Source: Zancudomyces culisetae HAW-14-8
Lineage: Eukaryota; Fungi; Kickxellomycota
NCBI GenBank assembly: GCA_052426225.1
Contig: JBNJNM010000014.1
Location: 310,001-374,000, forward strand
Reading direction: 5' to 3'
Length of the DNA: 64,000 nt
A program made the position numbers and the translations under genes. Below are positions 36,374-48,936 of the stretch, piece by piece; position 1 is the stretch's first letter, and each line of letters starts with the position of its first letter. The notes under the pieces are model-generated. The model worked only from the letters and a program-made list of their open reading frames with translations, ran no database searches and was not told where the DNA came from.

Positions 36374-38689
36374 ATGTCTAAACAACTTTTATTGAATTTC
36401 TGTGACAACCAGGTCATAATCAAAAACACTCAACATGAAAAGGAAGTCCTAGGAATCGACAAGTTTGGCCGTATTCAGCTCTTTGGTAAGTATCAATATT
36501 GATTTAAAACCATTCTTTTTTTTTTCCATTTCTTTTGGATTGATTGAAAAGACAAACTTAAATCTTGTTGTACTATGTTGTATTATGTTGCATTATAGAT
36601 CCTACAATTGTCATTTCCAAGCCAAAATTGTACATGCGAGCAGTTGGAATTCTGGGAATTATTAGATTACTTTCGGGCTACTACATTATTGTAATCAATG
36701 AAGCTGACAAAGAAGGTGTTATTGGTGGAAATACGATTTATAAAGTCAAGTCTACCTCGGTAGTCAAGATTGGTGTTGACAAGAAGGGTTTATTACCACA
36801 CGAGGTAAATATCTATATGTATAGTTAAAAAAAGTATAGTTGTTGAGTATAGTTGAACCGAATTGAATTGAATCGAATCGAATTGACTTGAATTGTGTTT
36901 ATATGAAATATAGCAAGATATAGAGGAAAAGTTATTGAAACGGATAGATTCCACTTTGAAAATCAATGGATATTACTTTTCGTATACATATGACCTAACC
37001 AGTTCGGTACAACGTGGAATACAAAAACAACAAGAAGGACAAAATAAATATTTGTGGCAAAATGCCAATAACGAGTTTTTCTTCAATTACTACCTAAACG
37101 AACCACTAATTAAGGCATGCGCAACAGTTGATGAACGTGTAGGAAATTACATTTTACCAGTAATCAATGGGTTTTTTGAATCGACATTAGCCAAAATCAA
37201 CGAGCGAAAGATAATTATTACATTGATAACGCGGCGTGGACGCAACCGACAAGGAACTCGCTACTTCAGCCGAGGTGCTGATGAACAAGGTAACGTATCC
37301 AACTATGCAGAAACTGAACAGGTTGTCGAATTCCTACCCGTTGATGCAAATGACGAATTGGGTAACAAGTTGGCTTCGTTGGTACAAATTCGTGGATCCG
37401 TGCCGCTATTATGGTCGCAGTGTATTACTGGTCGCTACAAGCCACAGCTGATACTTGAGTCTGATGCAGCTAGTAGTCCTGGGTTTGCCATGCATTTCGA
37501 CCGCCTATTGGCTGACTATGGCGATATCCAGATTGTCAATTTGGTTGATAAACGCAAGTATGAACGGCCACTTGGCGATGCGTTCCAGCGATTAACCCAT
37601 TCGCTAACTTCTCGTGACCGGGTTCATTATTTACATTACGATTATCACAGTGAGGCTAAACGTGCTGGCTCATCTGCGGCTATACAAGAATTGGTAGCTT
37701 CTCTTGCTCCAAGATTGTCTGCCTTTGGTAGCTATAATGCCATTTCCAATACATACCAGACCGGTGTAGTACGAACCAACTGTGTCGATTGTCTTGATCG
37801 CACCAATGTTGTACAATCCGCAATAGCCACCCACTGGCTCAACACATTGTTTGTTGCCCACGGAGTTCTCAAACCCAACGACTACATTACCTCTCATACA
37901 AATATCGACATTGTACTTCGCAACATTTGGGCCGATAATGCCGATTGTGTCAGTATGCCTTATTCCGGTACTGGCGCTCTCAAGACTGATGTTACTCGTA
38001 CTGGCAAGCGTTCTGTTGTTGGAATGTATAACGATCTATCCAATTCTATCACTCGATACGTCTACAACAACTATATCGATGGGGCACGGCAAGATGCTTA
38101 TGATTTGTTTTTGGGTAAATTTGCCATTACCGACAACTACTCGTCCCTGCCTTTATCTTCCTATTCTGCTATTCCTTCCCTATCTTCATTATCTGTTGAA
38201 ACCATGCTTGTTCTTGGTGGTGTCGTACTTGCTTCTGTTGGCCTTTTATACCAATCATTCACCTCTGGGTTTGCTTTATTTAATGCCACTTTTTCTTTCT
38301 CCTCTTCCTCTTCATCAACTGGTGGAAGTGTTTCTTTTATAAGATCAATACTTCCTTTGGCAATGTGGTCTTCCTTGATCATTTTTGGAGTACGTCTATT
38401 GTTGCAATCGGGTAGATTTAACGAACTATTATCATGGCCACAACTTTTGGCTTACAAGTACCGACCATTACCTGTGACTTCTACTACACGAACCAATACA
38501 CGGATCAAAGTTCCTTATGTTTCGGATTTTATGAATTCGAAATTTGGTACATACTTTTCGACAAATTCACATATTAACATTCATACCACTACTATCTCTA
38601 ATACCGCTGCTAATACCATTGGTGGTGGTGGAATTGGAATCGGCGAAAAGAGATACGAGACTTTTGAACAGTCTAGAAAGTTGGTTTGA
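36374..38689 (+). CDS. SAC1: Phosphoinositide phosphatase Sac1; exons 36374-36485, 36599-36804, 36914-38689
   Basis: Motifs GILGIIRLLSGYY, YFSYTYDLT, GTRYFSRGAD..GNVSNYAETEQ, RGSVPLLWSQ and catalytic RTNCVDCLDRTNVVQ (CX5R), followed by two C-terminal hydrophobic helices. Confidence 0.95.
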
Positions 38690-38988
38690 TTCATTACTTT
38701 ATTATTTTATTTTACTGTTTATTTATTGTTTTTTTATTATTGTCTTGAGTATTTTGTGAGTATTGGAATATTAATACAAATGAAATGTTCTTTTTGAAAT
38801 TAACAAGCCATCAAGAGAAAAAAAAAACAATTTCAACTATATAGAATTGGTGTTAATAAACATTGCTATTCATCTGACAAACAAAGAGTACCATGGTGTT
38901 TAATGTTCAAAGAAGTTATACACGTATACCACTCACTACTTCTTCCCTTCCCTTCCCTTCCCACAATTATTTCTCACCCCCAATACAC

Positions 38989-40363
38989 CAATAGTGTTTG
39001 ATGAGTAATTTGACACTACTACATTAGTTTGATACATAGCGAAAAATCAAAATACGTCAATATTGTATTTCAAAAAAATACCATTTTACCTATCCAGGAT
39101 GGAACCTTCATGTCACTTTAGTTAACCTCCGTTTCTATTCTTCCTCATTGATGCATAAAGCAACAATAAACACACTTTTATTTATTCTGTTTAGCTTTTT
39201 GACATGTGTAGAAAAGAAGTTGTCATTAGTTTTTTTTTTATAAACATCAACAAAAAATCATTAAATTATGGTCACTATTTTGACATGTTCATATTAAACT
39301 TTGAAGTTAATAAAATCACAACTTGAAACATCCAGTTCTACAATAAAATAATAGTAAGAGAAAAGAAAGATACAGGAAATCGAGTACTATCAACCACAAA
39401 CATTCAAAATGCTGGCCACCTCAAGTATAAAAACCAGTACTTTTGTCAAAAAGGAAAAAAAAACAGTACGTTGAAGATTATACGATTAAATATATTTATA
39501 CTTTTATTTTCTTTAGTAATTTCAATTCTATTAATATTATTATTAAATTATAGTGCATAACCAGATTGTATTTTTTATTACCTACAATATAATAGTAATT
39601 TTAACATTGCTAAACAACATATGGCATGTTTATATAATTCAGAAACAGGAAAGGAGGGAAATTAAAGCAGAAGAGTCGAGGGAAAAATCTGATAAAATTC
39701 TAGCCGAAGCAGAAATGATTCGCGCGAAAGCAGAAGAATCGAGGGAAAAATCTTATAATATTCTAGCTGAAGTAGTAATTATTCTCGCGAAAGTAGAAGA
39801 ATCGAGAGCGAGAACAAAAAAACAACTAGGAAACGCCAAATTATATATAATCCGAAAAGAGCTAGATCTAAAGCGAAAATGGCTTAAAGAAAAGACCAAA
39901 TAGAATTTTAAATTCATTATTTTAAAATAGTATCTAAGTGATATATACTTACCCGATATTAAAATTAAATAGGACTTTTCTTTTCTTTCAACATTTCTAT
40001 TTCTATTTCTATTTTATTTATACATTACTTTATAAAACTATTACCAACTGAATTCAATATAAACGTACATATAATTTAAATCTTATTTGACCCAAAGAAA
40101 TTGGAATATACCAATAAATCATTATTCGAATATACAAAACAGAATAAAAACGGAATGTGTACTTGCATATTTTCAAATTTTTATTCGACAGCAACATAAA
40201 GTGGTATAATATAAAAAGTATGATTTTATTTCCATACTTGGTTTAGAGATACTTATCGGTTTTTAAGAACAAAATGAGCCCATCTTGAAATCAAAATTCA
40301 AACACAATAATCACAATGAAATTCTACAGAAATCAGATTTACCCGCAAACTCCACGATAATAT
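38989..40363 (+). repeat. Direct repeat, copy A (about 1.37 kb)
   Basis: 38989-39450 is essentially identical to 46408-46868. Homology continues, more diverged, to the shared end motif aaactccacgataatata. Confidence 0.9.
39409..39903 (+). CDS. Small Lys/Glu-rich coiled-coil protein (about 105 aa) inside repeat copy A; exons 39409-39465 and 39643-39903
   Basis: ATG in aaaATG context, gtacgt donor, ttcag acceptor, in frame with ORF 39553..39903. The product has an internal repeat KAEESREKS..ILAE. Confidence 0.55.
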
Positions 40364-40766
40364 ACGTGTCATTATATGTGTTTAGTTTTAACTTTATTTT
40401 ACAAGTCTTGGTATTATAAACTTTTAAGCATTAATAAAAGAAAGCTTATCGCTAGAGAATTGATAAAATATTCTCTTGACTTTTTATATACCAGATATCA
40501 TAATAAATATAATATATTTATGTACCTAAAGTATGAGCACTTAGATCTACAAGTGTTACTTCATCAGGAGCTAAATACGACTATATATTTCTCAATGGTT
40601 TTGAGTAAGAGGGGGGAAATATTTGATTCATACTATAGATTATCATGTAGAACTCGTGAAAGTTTAACTCAGTTTATCTTTAACACTGAAGCAAGCATAA
40701 TTGTATCTTGGTAAGTGAAGTACAATAAATGGAATATGGTTGTACTGTTTTGAAGATCTTGAAAAT

Positions 40767-42340
40767 CGATCTGCAGTTACTAGCTTTTTAAAGGTGTATT
40801 TTATAGTTTTATTTATGATACCCTTTGCGTTTTTGTGACGGAACAATATGATATTTTTTTTTCGTTTTTGTTTTGTGTAAGAATAATTGAATCTATCAAA
40901 GTATATATTTGTATTAGCATAAAATAAGAACAGGGAATCACAAATAAAAGTATTCGAGAAATATTTTATAAAAAATGTAGCGAGTTTGAAGGAGAAGGTG
41001 AAGGTCAACATAAAGAAATCCAACAAATACAAGAAAGTAACGATGAGGGTGAAGAGCAGGAAGATCAGGAAAAAAATATTATTGAAAGATGGGAAACCAG
41101 TGGTGAAGAAGATGTAGAGGAGTCAAGTATTGCAAAGAGGGTAATCCGTAGTGATAGCAGTAAAAGTAAAAGCAAAAATATCAAGATTAACCTCAAAGGG
41201 GAGCAAATCGAAGGGCGAAGACTACGAAAGCAAAGTGAAAAGAAAAAAAAGAAAAAAAACAACCTGAAGCTGAATCCTCAAACAGAGATAATGAAGGTTT
41301 GAACGCCAGTTCAGCGAGAAAGGGTGGTCGCGTTGAGTATTGTTCAATGTGTAAAGCCAAATTTTTGGTACGGGAAGGGTCAATGGATGATAATGGTAAA
41401 GGAAGGATACTATGTCCAACCTGTGACAAATACATGAAAAAATATGAACAAGCGAAACAAAATCGCGAGTTAAAAAAGCAAGGCGTGTCAGTCAGTTCTG
41501 TATCACAGCTTAGAAAAAATGTAAAAGCAGCCACAAATACAGCAAAGGTAAACAACGGAACTGGAATGAAAATGACAACTCAGAAAAAGAAGGTGGTCAA
41601 AACTGAAGGCGGATTATTACGGATAGATTTGGGTATTCCCAGTTTGCAGGATTTATGTGTTCGAGTAATCGAAAAGCATATAAAGGGTGTCACTTCATTT
41701 GAAGATATCTCTTCAGGTGCCATGAATAAAGTGTGTAGGATTATTAGTAAATATATGCTTTTGGATAATGACGCACTTCAGCTCTTTTTAACACCAACGT
41801 TGAAACAAAGAACAGAACTCGTGTTGTATGACTGTACAAAGATAGATGTGAATGGACTAACAAATTCTTTTATTCTGCTGGTGGTAAACGAATCAAGCGG
41901 GTTTTTACCCATTCATTTAGATTTGGTTGGAGTTTACGATATTGGTGACAAAGCTTTAATTTCAAGTCTCAGGCATTCTAACCCTACTCTACAATATTTG
42001 AGTCTACACTCCGCAGATCAATTTTTAAGTAACAATGGCCTTTCTGCCTTTTCTGGTACTTTTCTTTTCAGTACAGACCAGGATAATAATAGCAGCAAAG
42101 ATAAAAATAGCACAGGCACAAACAACTCTCAACTCAAAACATCGTCGACAGTTACTCATCAAACATGGAAAAACCTACACATACTAAACCTTTCATTTGT
42201 AAGATCTACCGATGACTCTGCCATCACCACTCTCTTCTCTAATTACCCTAGTTTATCTACAATGTTTGTGAATAGGAAACCCGAAAGCCATCTCACTAAC
42301 TCCTTAGTCTGATTGGTCGTGAACCTGGTAGTTTTCAATC
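40767..42340 (+). pseudogene. RAD7: Rad7/Rhp7-like nucleotide excision repair gene, frameshifted and internally deleted
   Basis: Remnants include SAVTSFLK...GI, a CxxC..CxxC finger, Elongin-C/SOCS-box IPSLQDLCVRVI, LYDCTKID, the terminal LRR LNLSFVRS, and LIGRE in another frame. Frameshifts lie at about 41243-41259 and 42300. The central LRRs and a start codon appear to be missing. Confidence 0.7.
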
Positions 42341-43706
42341 GAGATTTATTGCTCTTCCTACAATGTTGGTCATCTATTAATATATAGCATTTTATATTTG
42401 GTGGGTTTCCGAATTTTAGTTATACCTAATAATGTGCTAATTTATTCAAAATTCCTATACAATATCTTAGGTTCCAAAGTAGGTTCCGTAAAAATTAGCG
42501 AACAAATCTATTCATTTTGGGGTTTATTGAACTATGGATATGTTAGGTTTCCAAAGTTGAAATTATTTGATGAAAATGATGAAATTCAGTGGAGAATACA
42601 TTTAATTATATTTGGATTAAGATTTATAAAAATTACAACTATTAGCTTATTTTTTAATTAAAAATTTTTATGAAAATATATAACATATTGCAATTTAGAA
42701 CAGGGTTAAAGACTCAGATTTATATAAAATTACTCCAAGCAATTACGACTAGTTGGTATAAAATAACTCACCAAGCTTGTTAAAAGTCTGTTGGCTATGC
42801 ACATTTTATTTTACAAAATAGCTTAGATAAGTGGTTGTTAGAAGCCAAAAATAGAGCAAATTCTATGATTTTTAACATTACTTCACGTAGTCCCATCCCG
42901 AGTTTCTATTTTTGTTTATCTTACCAAGGTTCTAATGATATAAAATGACAATATGAAGAATTTAGTAATCCTGTCCAGTCGAAACAGTATTCAGAGCAAA
43001 ATTAGGCTGTTGTTGGCGTTTTTAAAAACGCCACTTACAGTTGAATGCAAGTAAGCAACTGAACTCGATATTATCATATTAAGCGAAAAGGCTCTTGTTT
43101 TAGTATGGCTCACATATTTACTTGATAGAGGTGTTCATCTTTATAACTTATGAGATTTTGTTATATTATTACTATCTAGAAATAGAATCAGTAGGTCTAC
43201 ATAAAATTAGACAAATGTGATTGCTATAAGAAATGGGTGATAATGCACTAAAAATATTTAAAATAAGAGGTTGTGTAAGTCATGGTTAACTATTTGCTAA
43301 GATTGTTTCAAATTATTAGATCGGTCAACAGAATAAGTCTTTTTAAATAAAGTTTCAAAGGCCATTACATTTATGTCAATTAGTTACATAATAACTTTTA
43401 ATTAATGAACTTTTCACCTCTCCGAATCTAAAAAAAGATTTACTTTTCTATACTATTTATATTCACAACTGAAAATAGAAAATTCTAAATATACACTAAA
43501 TAGGACTGTGATCGTTGTGGTTAGTTTTTTTTTACAAAAAAACATAGAATGTGTAGGAATTAAAGTAAAATTAAGCCGAAATAGTATATGGCAGAAACTT
43601 GTATATAAATCAACGCTATCTACCGATATACACAATCACAGCTCATACTCATTAATACATATATCTACTATAAAGACATTTTTAACTTAAAAAATCATAT
43701 CGAAAA

Positions 43707-45314
43707 ATGAGATCAAGTGTATATACAGCTTCCATATCATTGACATTAGTCAACTTGTTTTCACGAATAGTGGGGCAATCCACATCAACTGGAACTGGGA
43801 ATGTTATTTGTTCTAATTCGATCAGCCAAGTCGAGATTGCACAAGGATCTGGCGATAGTTCAGTTATCAACTATAATTGGGATAGCGCTATTGATGTTTC
43901 TTGCCCATCTCAGGACTACCTCGTGACATTTGATTTTGATCAAACCTCTGATATCTATTTTGCAATTAGCACACAAAAGGCATTGGCCACTGATAGTGAT
44001 GTTATTGAAGGGGTAATTGGTGTAGACACAGGTTCGTGGTTTATAAAAACTTCATTGTACTCCTTACAGTTGGATATCACCTTGGGAGCAGCAGATACTC
44101 AAAAAGTATATATTCAGGTTAACAGCTCAGGTGTTGGAGTTGGGTTGGTAGGAAGTAGCAAACCGATTTTGACGATGTTACCAACTGACTATGATGTTAG
44201 CTCATTCATGAACTCAACAAATGTATGGCTTGCATTTGGTGCCGAGAGAGATTCAGCAACAATCCAAAATATAGAGTATAACTGTAATGATTCTACTTGT
44301 CTAGGTCCATTATCAACACCATCAACCCCATCAACCCCATCAAATCCATTAACCCGACCAACCCCACCAAACCTACCAACCCCATCAACTCCATCAGTTC
44401 CACCAACTCCATCAACTCCATCAACTCCATCAACTCCATCAACTCCATCAACTCCATCAAATCCACCAAACCTATCAGCACCATTAAACTCATCAACTCC
44501 ATCAACCCCATCAAATCCATTAACCCGACCAACCCCACCAAACCTACCAACCCCATCAACTCCATCAGTTCCATCAACTCCATCAACTCCATCAACTACG
44601 CCAAACCTATTAACTTCATCAACTTCATCAACTTCATCAACTAGCTCAACAAAATCAACAAAATCAACAAAATCAACCAAATCACCTATCACTACACTTC
44701 AACCTCAACACCATAATCATTACAATCACTACAATTACTACAATCACTATAATTACCACAATCACTATAAATATTATAAACACCGTAACCACTATAAACG
44801 TCATAGATACTACCAATCTGCTCAAAACTATCAACCAACTCAACAGGGTTATTAGCTATATTAGCTCAATTATTTCCCATCTCATCAACTTTTAATTTCA
44901 TTTCTGTTAGTCCTAACCTTGTTATATCCTTCAATAACAAAAACAAAAACCATTACTTTGCAAATGCTCTTACGATTCCATCAGATGAAAATAACTTTAC
45001 GTTCAATGCTCATGTTCCTACTATCTCTAATCTCTTTGATGCTTTCATGAAAAAAAAACGAATACTATAGCCCTAATGGTGTAATAGAAGCTCAATTTGG
45101 TGTGTCGTATAGTACCAGTTCCATTAAGAACAGTAAATATGCTTTGGTTAAACTAAATAATGTCTTCACAAGAGCCGACTATCAAACCATAAAGATTGTT
45201 TACAAGAATCCTCAACTCCAAATATTTATCAACGATTCGCTTAAATCCACATTCAAGGTTTCAAACTTTTATGACTTGATTATCATTGTATCAGATTTCA
45301 GGTTTATTTTATGA
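43707..45314 (+). pseudogene. Secreted protein: signal peptide, beta-rich domain, PST/mucin-like repeats, and a frameshifted second copy of the domain
   Basis: The N-terminus is hydrophobic. Domain 1 reads SDIYFAIST...DVIEGVIGV, followed by (PST)n repeats. Downstream SNLFDAFM..(A9 at 45050-45058)..YYSPNGVIEAQFGV resembles domain 1. The first ORF (43707..44855) could still be expressed. Confidence 0.6.
44317..44680 (+). repeat. Coding 9-bp tandem repeats (CCATCAACT / TCAACAAAA) with a ~171-bp higher-order duplication
   Basis: PSTPSNPLTRPTPPNLPTPSTPSVP occurs twice. Confidence 0.9.
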
Positions 45315-46407
45315 CAAAAAAATAGTTTTATTAGAATATTGTTTCTGAAAATATAATAATTAATAGGAATAGTAATAGTAACAAGTTCAAAAAGTCACTA
45401 GGAATGAGCACTACAAAATTTGGATCAACTTGTATCGTTAATCTGCTTACCCATTCCATTTGAGTCTGGAGCGTCGTATTTATTTTGTTGAGGTATTTCT
45501 GTCTTGTCGATGAAACCTACTTAGTTGAACGGTGTTTTTAACATCAAGGTTCATTGAATTTTTTCATCAATTTCTTTTCTTTGCCTGAAAAGCCTATTGA
45601 AAATTTGTGAATAAAATCACTAAGCGATTTTGGTTCTATTCAAAAGGTCTTTTCAATAGTAGATGTTAGGGAATCCTAACACATTGACACCATTTAAAAA
45701 TACACAAACGTTAATTTTCGGGCATTCTATTGTCAGCTTAGTTGTAGAACTGTGTTTGTTCGTTAGCTTATTTTTTGGTTTATAGCTTTTTAAAAGTCCA
45801 TTTTAATAAACTTTAGAGAAAAAATCAATTAACTTTCTAGTGTATAGCCAATTTGTTTAGTTGTGTTTTAAAGGTACCTCTTCAGACATCAGAAGTAAAA
45901 ATTAATTAATGGTTATGAGAAATGACAAAATAAACTACAAATTATACTACAGTAAAAATACATCCAATATTTCATGTTCAAATCTGAAAATGATTGAAAT
46001 TCTGAAGCTTGAGACAATGGGAAGTTGGATCTACCTCGTAAATAGTTGTCACGGAATTTGGCTAATATACAAGGAGAGGAGAGATAACCCAAAATTTTAC
46101 TTTTAGTCAAACTGTAAAAGCAAGATTCTTAGATAGAGTCTGTCGAGCGAGGGTTATTATCTGGGTCAATTATGCTCTTAGTATTTCGCTGAACCAACGC
46201 CCAGTGGGTAATGAGTCCCTAGATAAACAGGTGAGGATAGGTTAATGGATACTGTGTAGGATAAATTTTTTATTTGATTATTGTGGTAATTATTAGTTTT
46301 TTGATTGATAAATAATATCTTTGTACTCGTCATACTATTAAAGAATTTAACGTATTTACAGCTCAGATAAATCAATTACATTTACCACCCTCTTCATACA
46401 AAAACAT

Positions 46408-47690
46408 CAATAGTGTTTGATGAGTAATTTGACACTACTACATTAGTTTGATACATAGCGAAAAATCAAAATACGTCAATATTGTATTTCAAAAAAATAC
46501 CATTTTACCTATCCAGGATGGAACCTTCATGTCACTTTAGTTAACCTCCGTTTCTATTCTTCCTCATTGATGCATAAAGCAACAATAAACACACTTTTAT
46601 TTATTCTGTTTAGCTTTTTGACATGTGTAGAAAAGAAGTTGTCATTAGTTTTTTTTTATAAACATCAACAAAAAATCATTAAATTATGGTCACTATTTTG
46701 ACATGTTCATATTAAACTTTGAAGTTAATAAAATCACAACTTGAAACATCCAGTTCTACAATAAAATAATAGTAAGAGAAAAGAAAGATACAGGAAATCG
46801 AGTACTATCAACCACAAACATTCAAAATGCTGGCCACCTCAAGTATAAAACCAGTACTTTTGTCAAAAAAAAATAACAGTACGTTGAAGACTATACTATT
46901 AAATATATCAGTACTGTTGTTTTCTTTAGGAATTCCAACTCCAATAATAAATTAAGTTGTCATGCATAGCCAAACTATATTTTTTGTTACCCACAACAAA
47001 TAGGGATTATAACCATAAATAAATAATATATGGAATATTTATATAATTCATAAACAGAAAGGTGGGAAGGTAAAACGAATGAAATTCTAGCCGAAGCAGT
47101 AATGATTCTCGCAAAGCAGTAAACTCGAGTGCAAGAACAGAAGGATCGAGGGCAAAAGAGGAGGATCGAGGGCAAAAGCTGAAGAATTGAGGACAAGAGC
47201 TGAAATAAATCTAATAATTATAGAAATATGCATTAAGCATGGTATACAGAGAAACAATGAGATCCTTAGAATTGTATCCAAGTAATATATTTTACCCAAT
47301 AGTAAAACTATATAGGACTTTGCTTTGCTTTTAATAATTACAATTATAATTTAGCATTATTCATTTCATTAATAAAACTGTCATCAACTGAATTCGAAAT
47401 ATTTGTACGTGTAAATAATGTGTGTTTGACCAAGAAATTAGAATTTACTGAACAAGTACAAGGAGAACGTAGTTGGGTATTTTGATGACTTTATTTGACA
47501 ACAATAAAAGTGATATAATCTAGAAAATAGGATAAATGAGAAAAATGGGATAATTTTTCGGTAAATGGTTTAGAGGTACTTTTTGGTCTTTATCGGTAAA
47601 AGAGCCCACCTTGAACCCGAAATTTAAACACAATAGTCATAAGGAAGCTTTCTAAAAGGTCGATTTATCCGTAAACTCCACGATAATATA
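46408..47690 (+). repeat. Direct repeat, copy B (about 1.28 kb), carrying a degraded copy of the small coiled-coil gene
   Basis: Matches 38989-40363. The exon 1 A-tract is shortened (tataaaacc versus tataaaaacc), the acceptor is mutated (attcat), and exon 2 contains stops. Confidence 0.9.
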
Positions 47691-48936
47691 ATAGGGTTGA
47701 AGAAAGGTGGAAGAATGTGAAAGCGAAGGTGAAAGTATATTACCAAGACATAACTTGCATGTGAAATATTGTTGTTGGATCCCTCTCCCCAAAAAAAATG
47801 ATAATCACTAAATGTATTGCATGCTATTGATAATTTTTATGTAATCATTGACCCGTAAATAAACTGTTTTATTCTTAGATAACAAAAGCAATACAGGCCG
47901 TATATTGGTAATTATTGTGTAGGGGGTTACGTCACTTTAGCCAAACTACCTGTCAACCGAAGAAATAATGTACAAAATGTGCACTCGTGAAGTTTTTAAT
48001 TTGTTGAATGCTTGCTCATATTTAAGTGGCACAATGTTATATTTGAACATTACATGTCACAAATTTGAACATTGAATACCAACAGGAATTCTACACCTCA
48101 TCATGCTTGTAATAGACATAGTTATGGATGCCATTAATTATCACATTTACAGATTTTGCATGTCAATAAATCAAGAGTGCTTTTTTATGAAATATTAGAA
48201 AGAACACTCCAAGCATATGGTATTGTACTTTTGTGAGGAAATTGGTTCATTGTAGGAAAGAGTTGTGTTAGTCATTTTTTTATATTGTATTTTTTTTTTC
48301 AGTTGTTAAATTTGCATGAATTAAGTATTATTGGTTTCCAGGTTGTTGAGATAAAGACAAAATTGCTTTAGCAAAGAGCTTGGTTGGAGATTTATTATTA
48401 TGGACATCTATATATATTTTGCCAATGATAATACAGAGTTTTATATAAACACCATCAATTATATTGTGCGTGTGTCGAAAATCCATGAATCAAATCAATT
48501 GATCCATAGATTCTTCAGTAAATTAAATGTACCTAAAATAAAAGGGAATCAAAAGGAAATTTTTTCCTATGGTTTGGTTTTCACATGTATTTCGAGGTTC
48601 AGCCGGGCAGCTTTTTAAACGTCAAGCAAACCAACCATTAGTAATCCGAATCCGGCTAAACAAAAATGGGCCATACAGGATACGGCTTCTGGACTTGAAT
48701 TATCTGGATAAAAAATTTTTTTTCTCTTGTCATTTAAAGCACTGTAATATAGTTTAGAATGGAAATAAAAACCTGTATTAGTGCTTGGCATAGGCTTGTC
48801 TTGGAAAGGAATAGAAAATAGAATAACAAGATAACGAAAAAAAAGAGATAAAAGGAGCTTCTTATTCCTGCAAACAGCTTTCTCTTATTACGGTACAACT
48901 AAATTTTTTTACGCTTACAACCAGAATATACAAATA

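Noticed and set aside
44189-44692. Antisense and alternative-frame repeat ORFs (DGV, MEL, INS)
   Set aside because: These are shadows of the stop-free 9-bp PST repeat.
45400-46400. Coding-like degraded fragments (also near 1300-1800 and 42400-42660)
   Set aside because: They contain multiple stops and no identifiable motif, so no call can be supported without a search.
38989-47690. LTR retrotransposon interpretation of the direct repeats
   Set aside because: There are no clear TG...CA ends, PBS/PPT, target-site duplication or gag/pol remnants, and the repeat contains a spliced gene.
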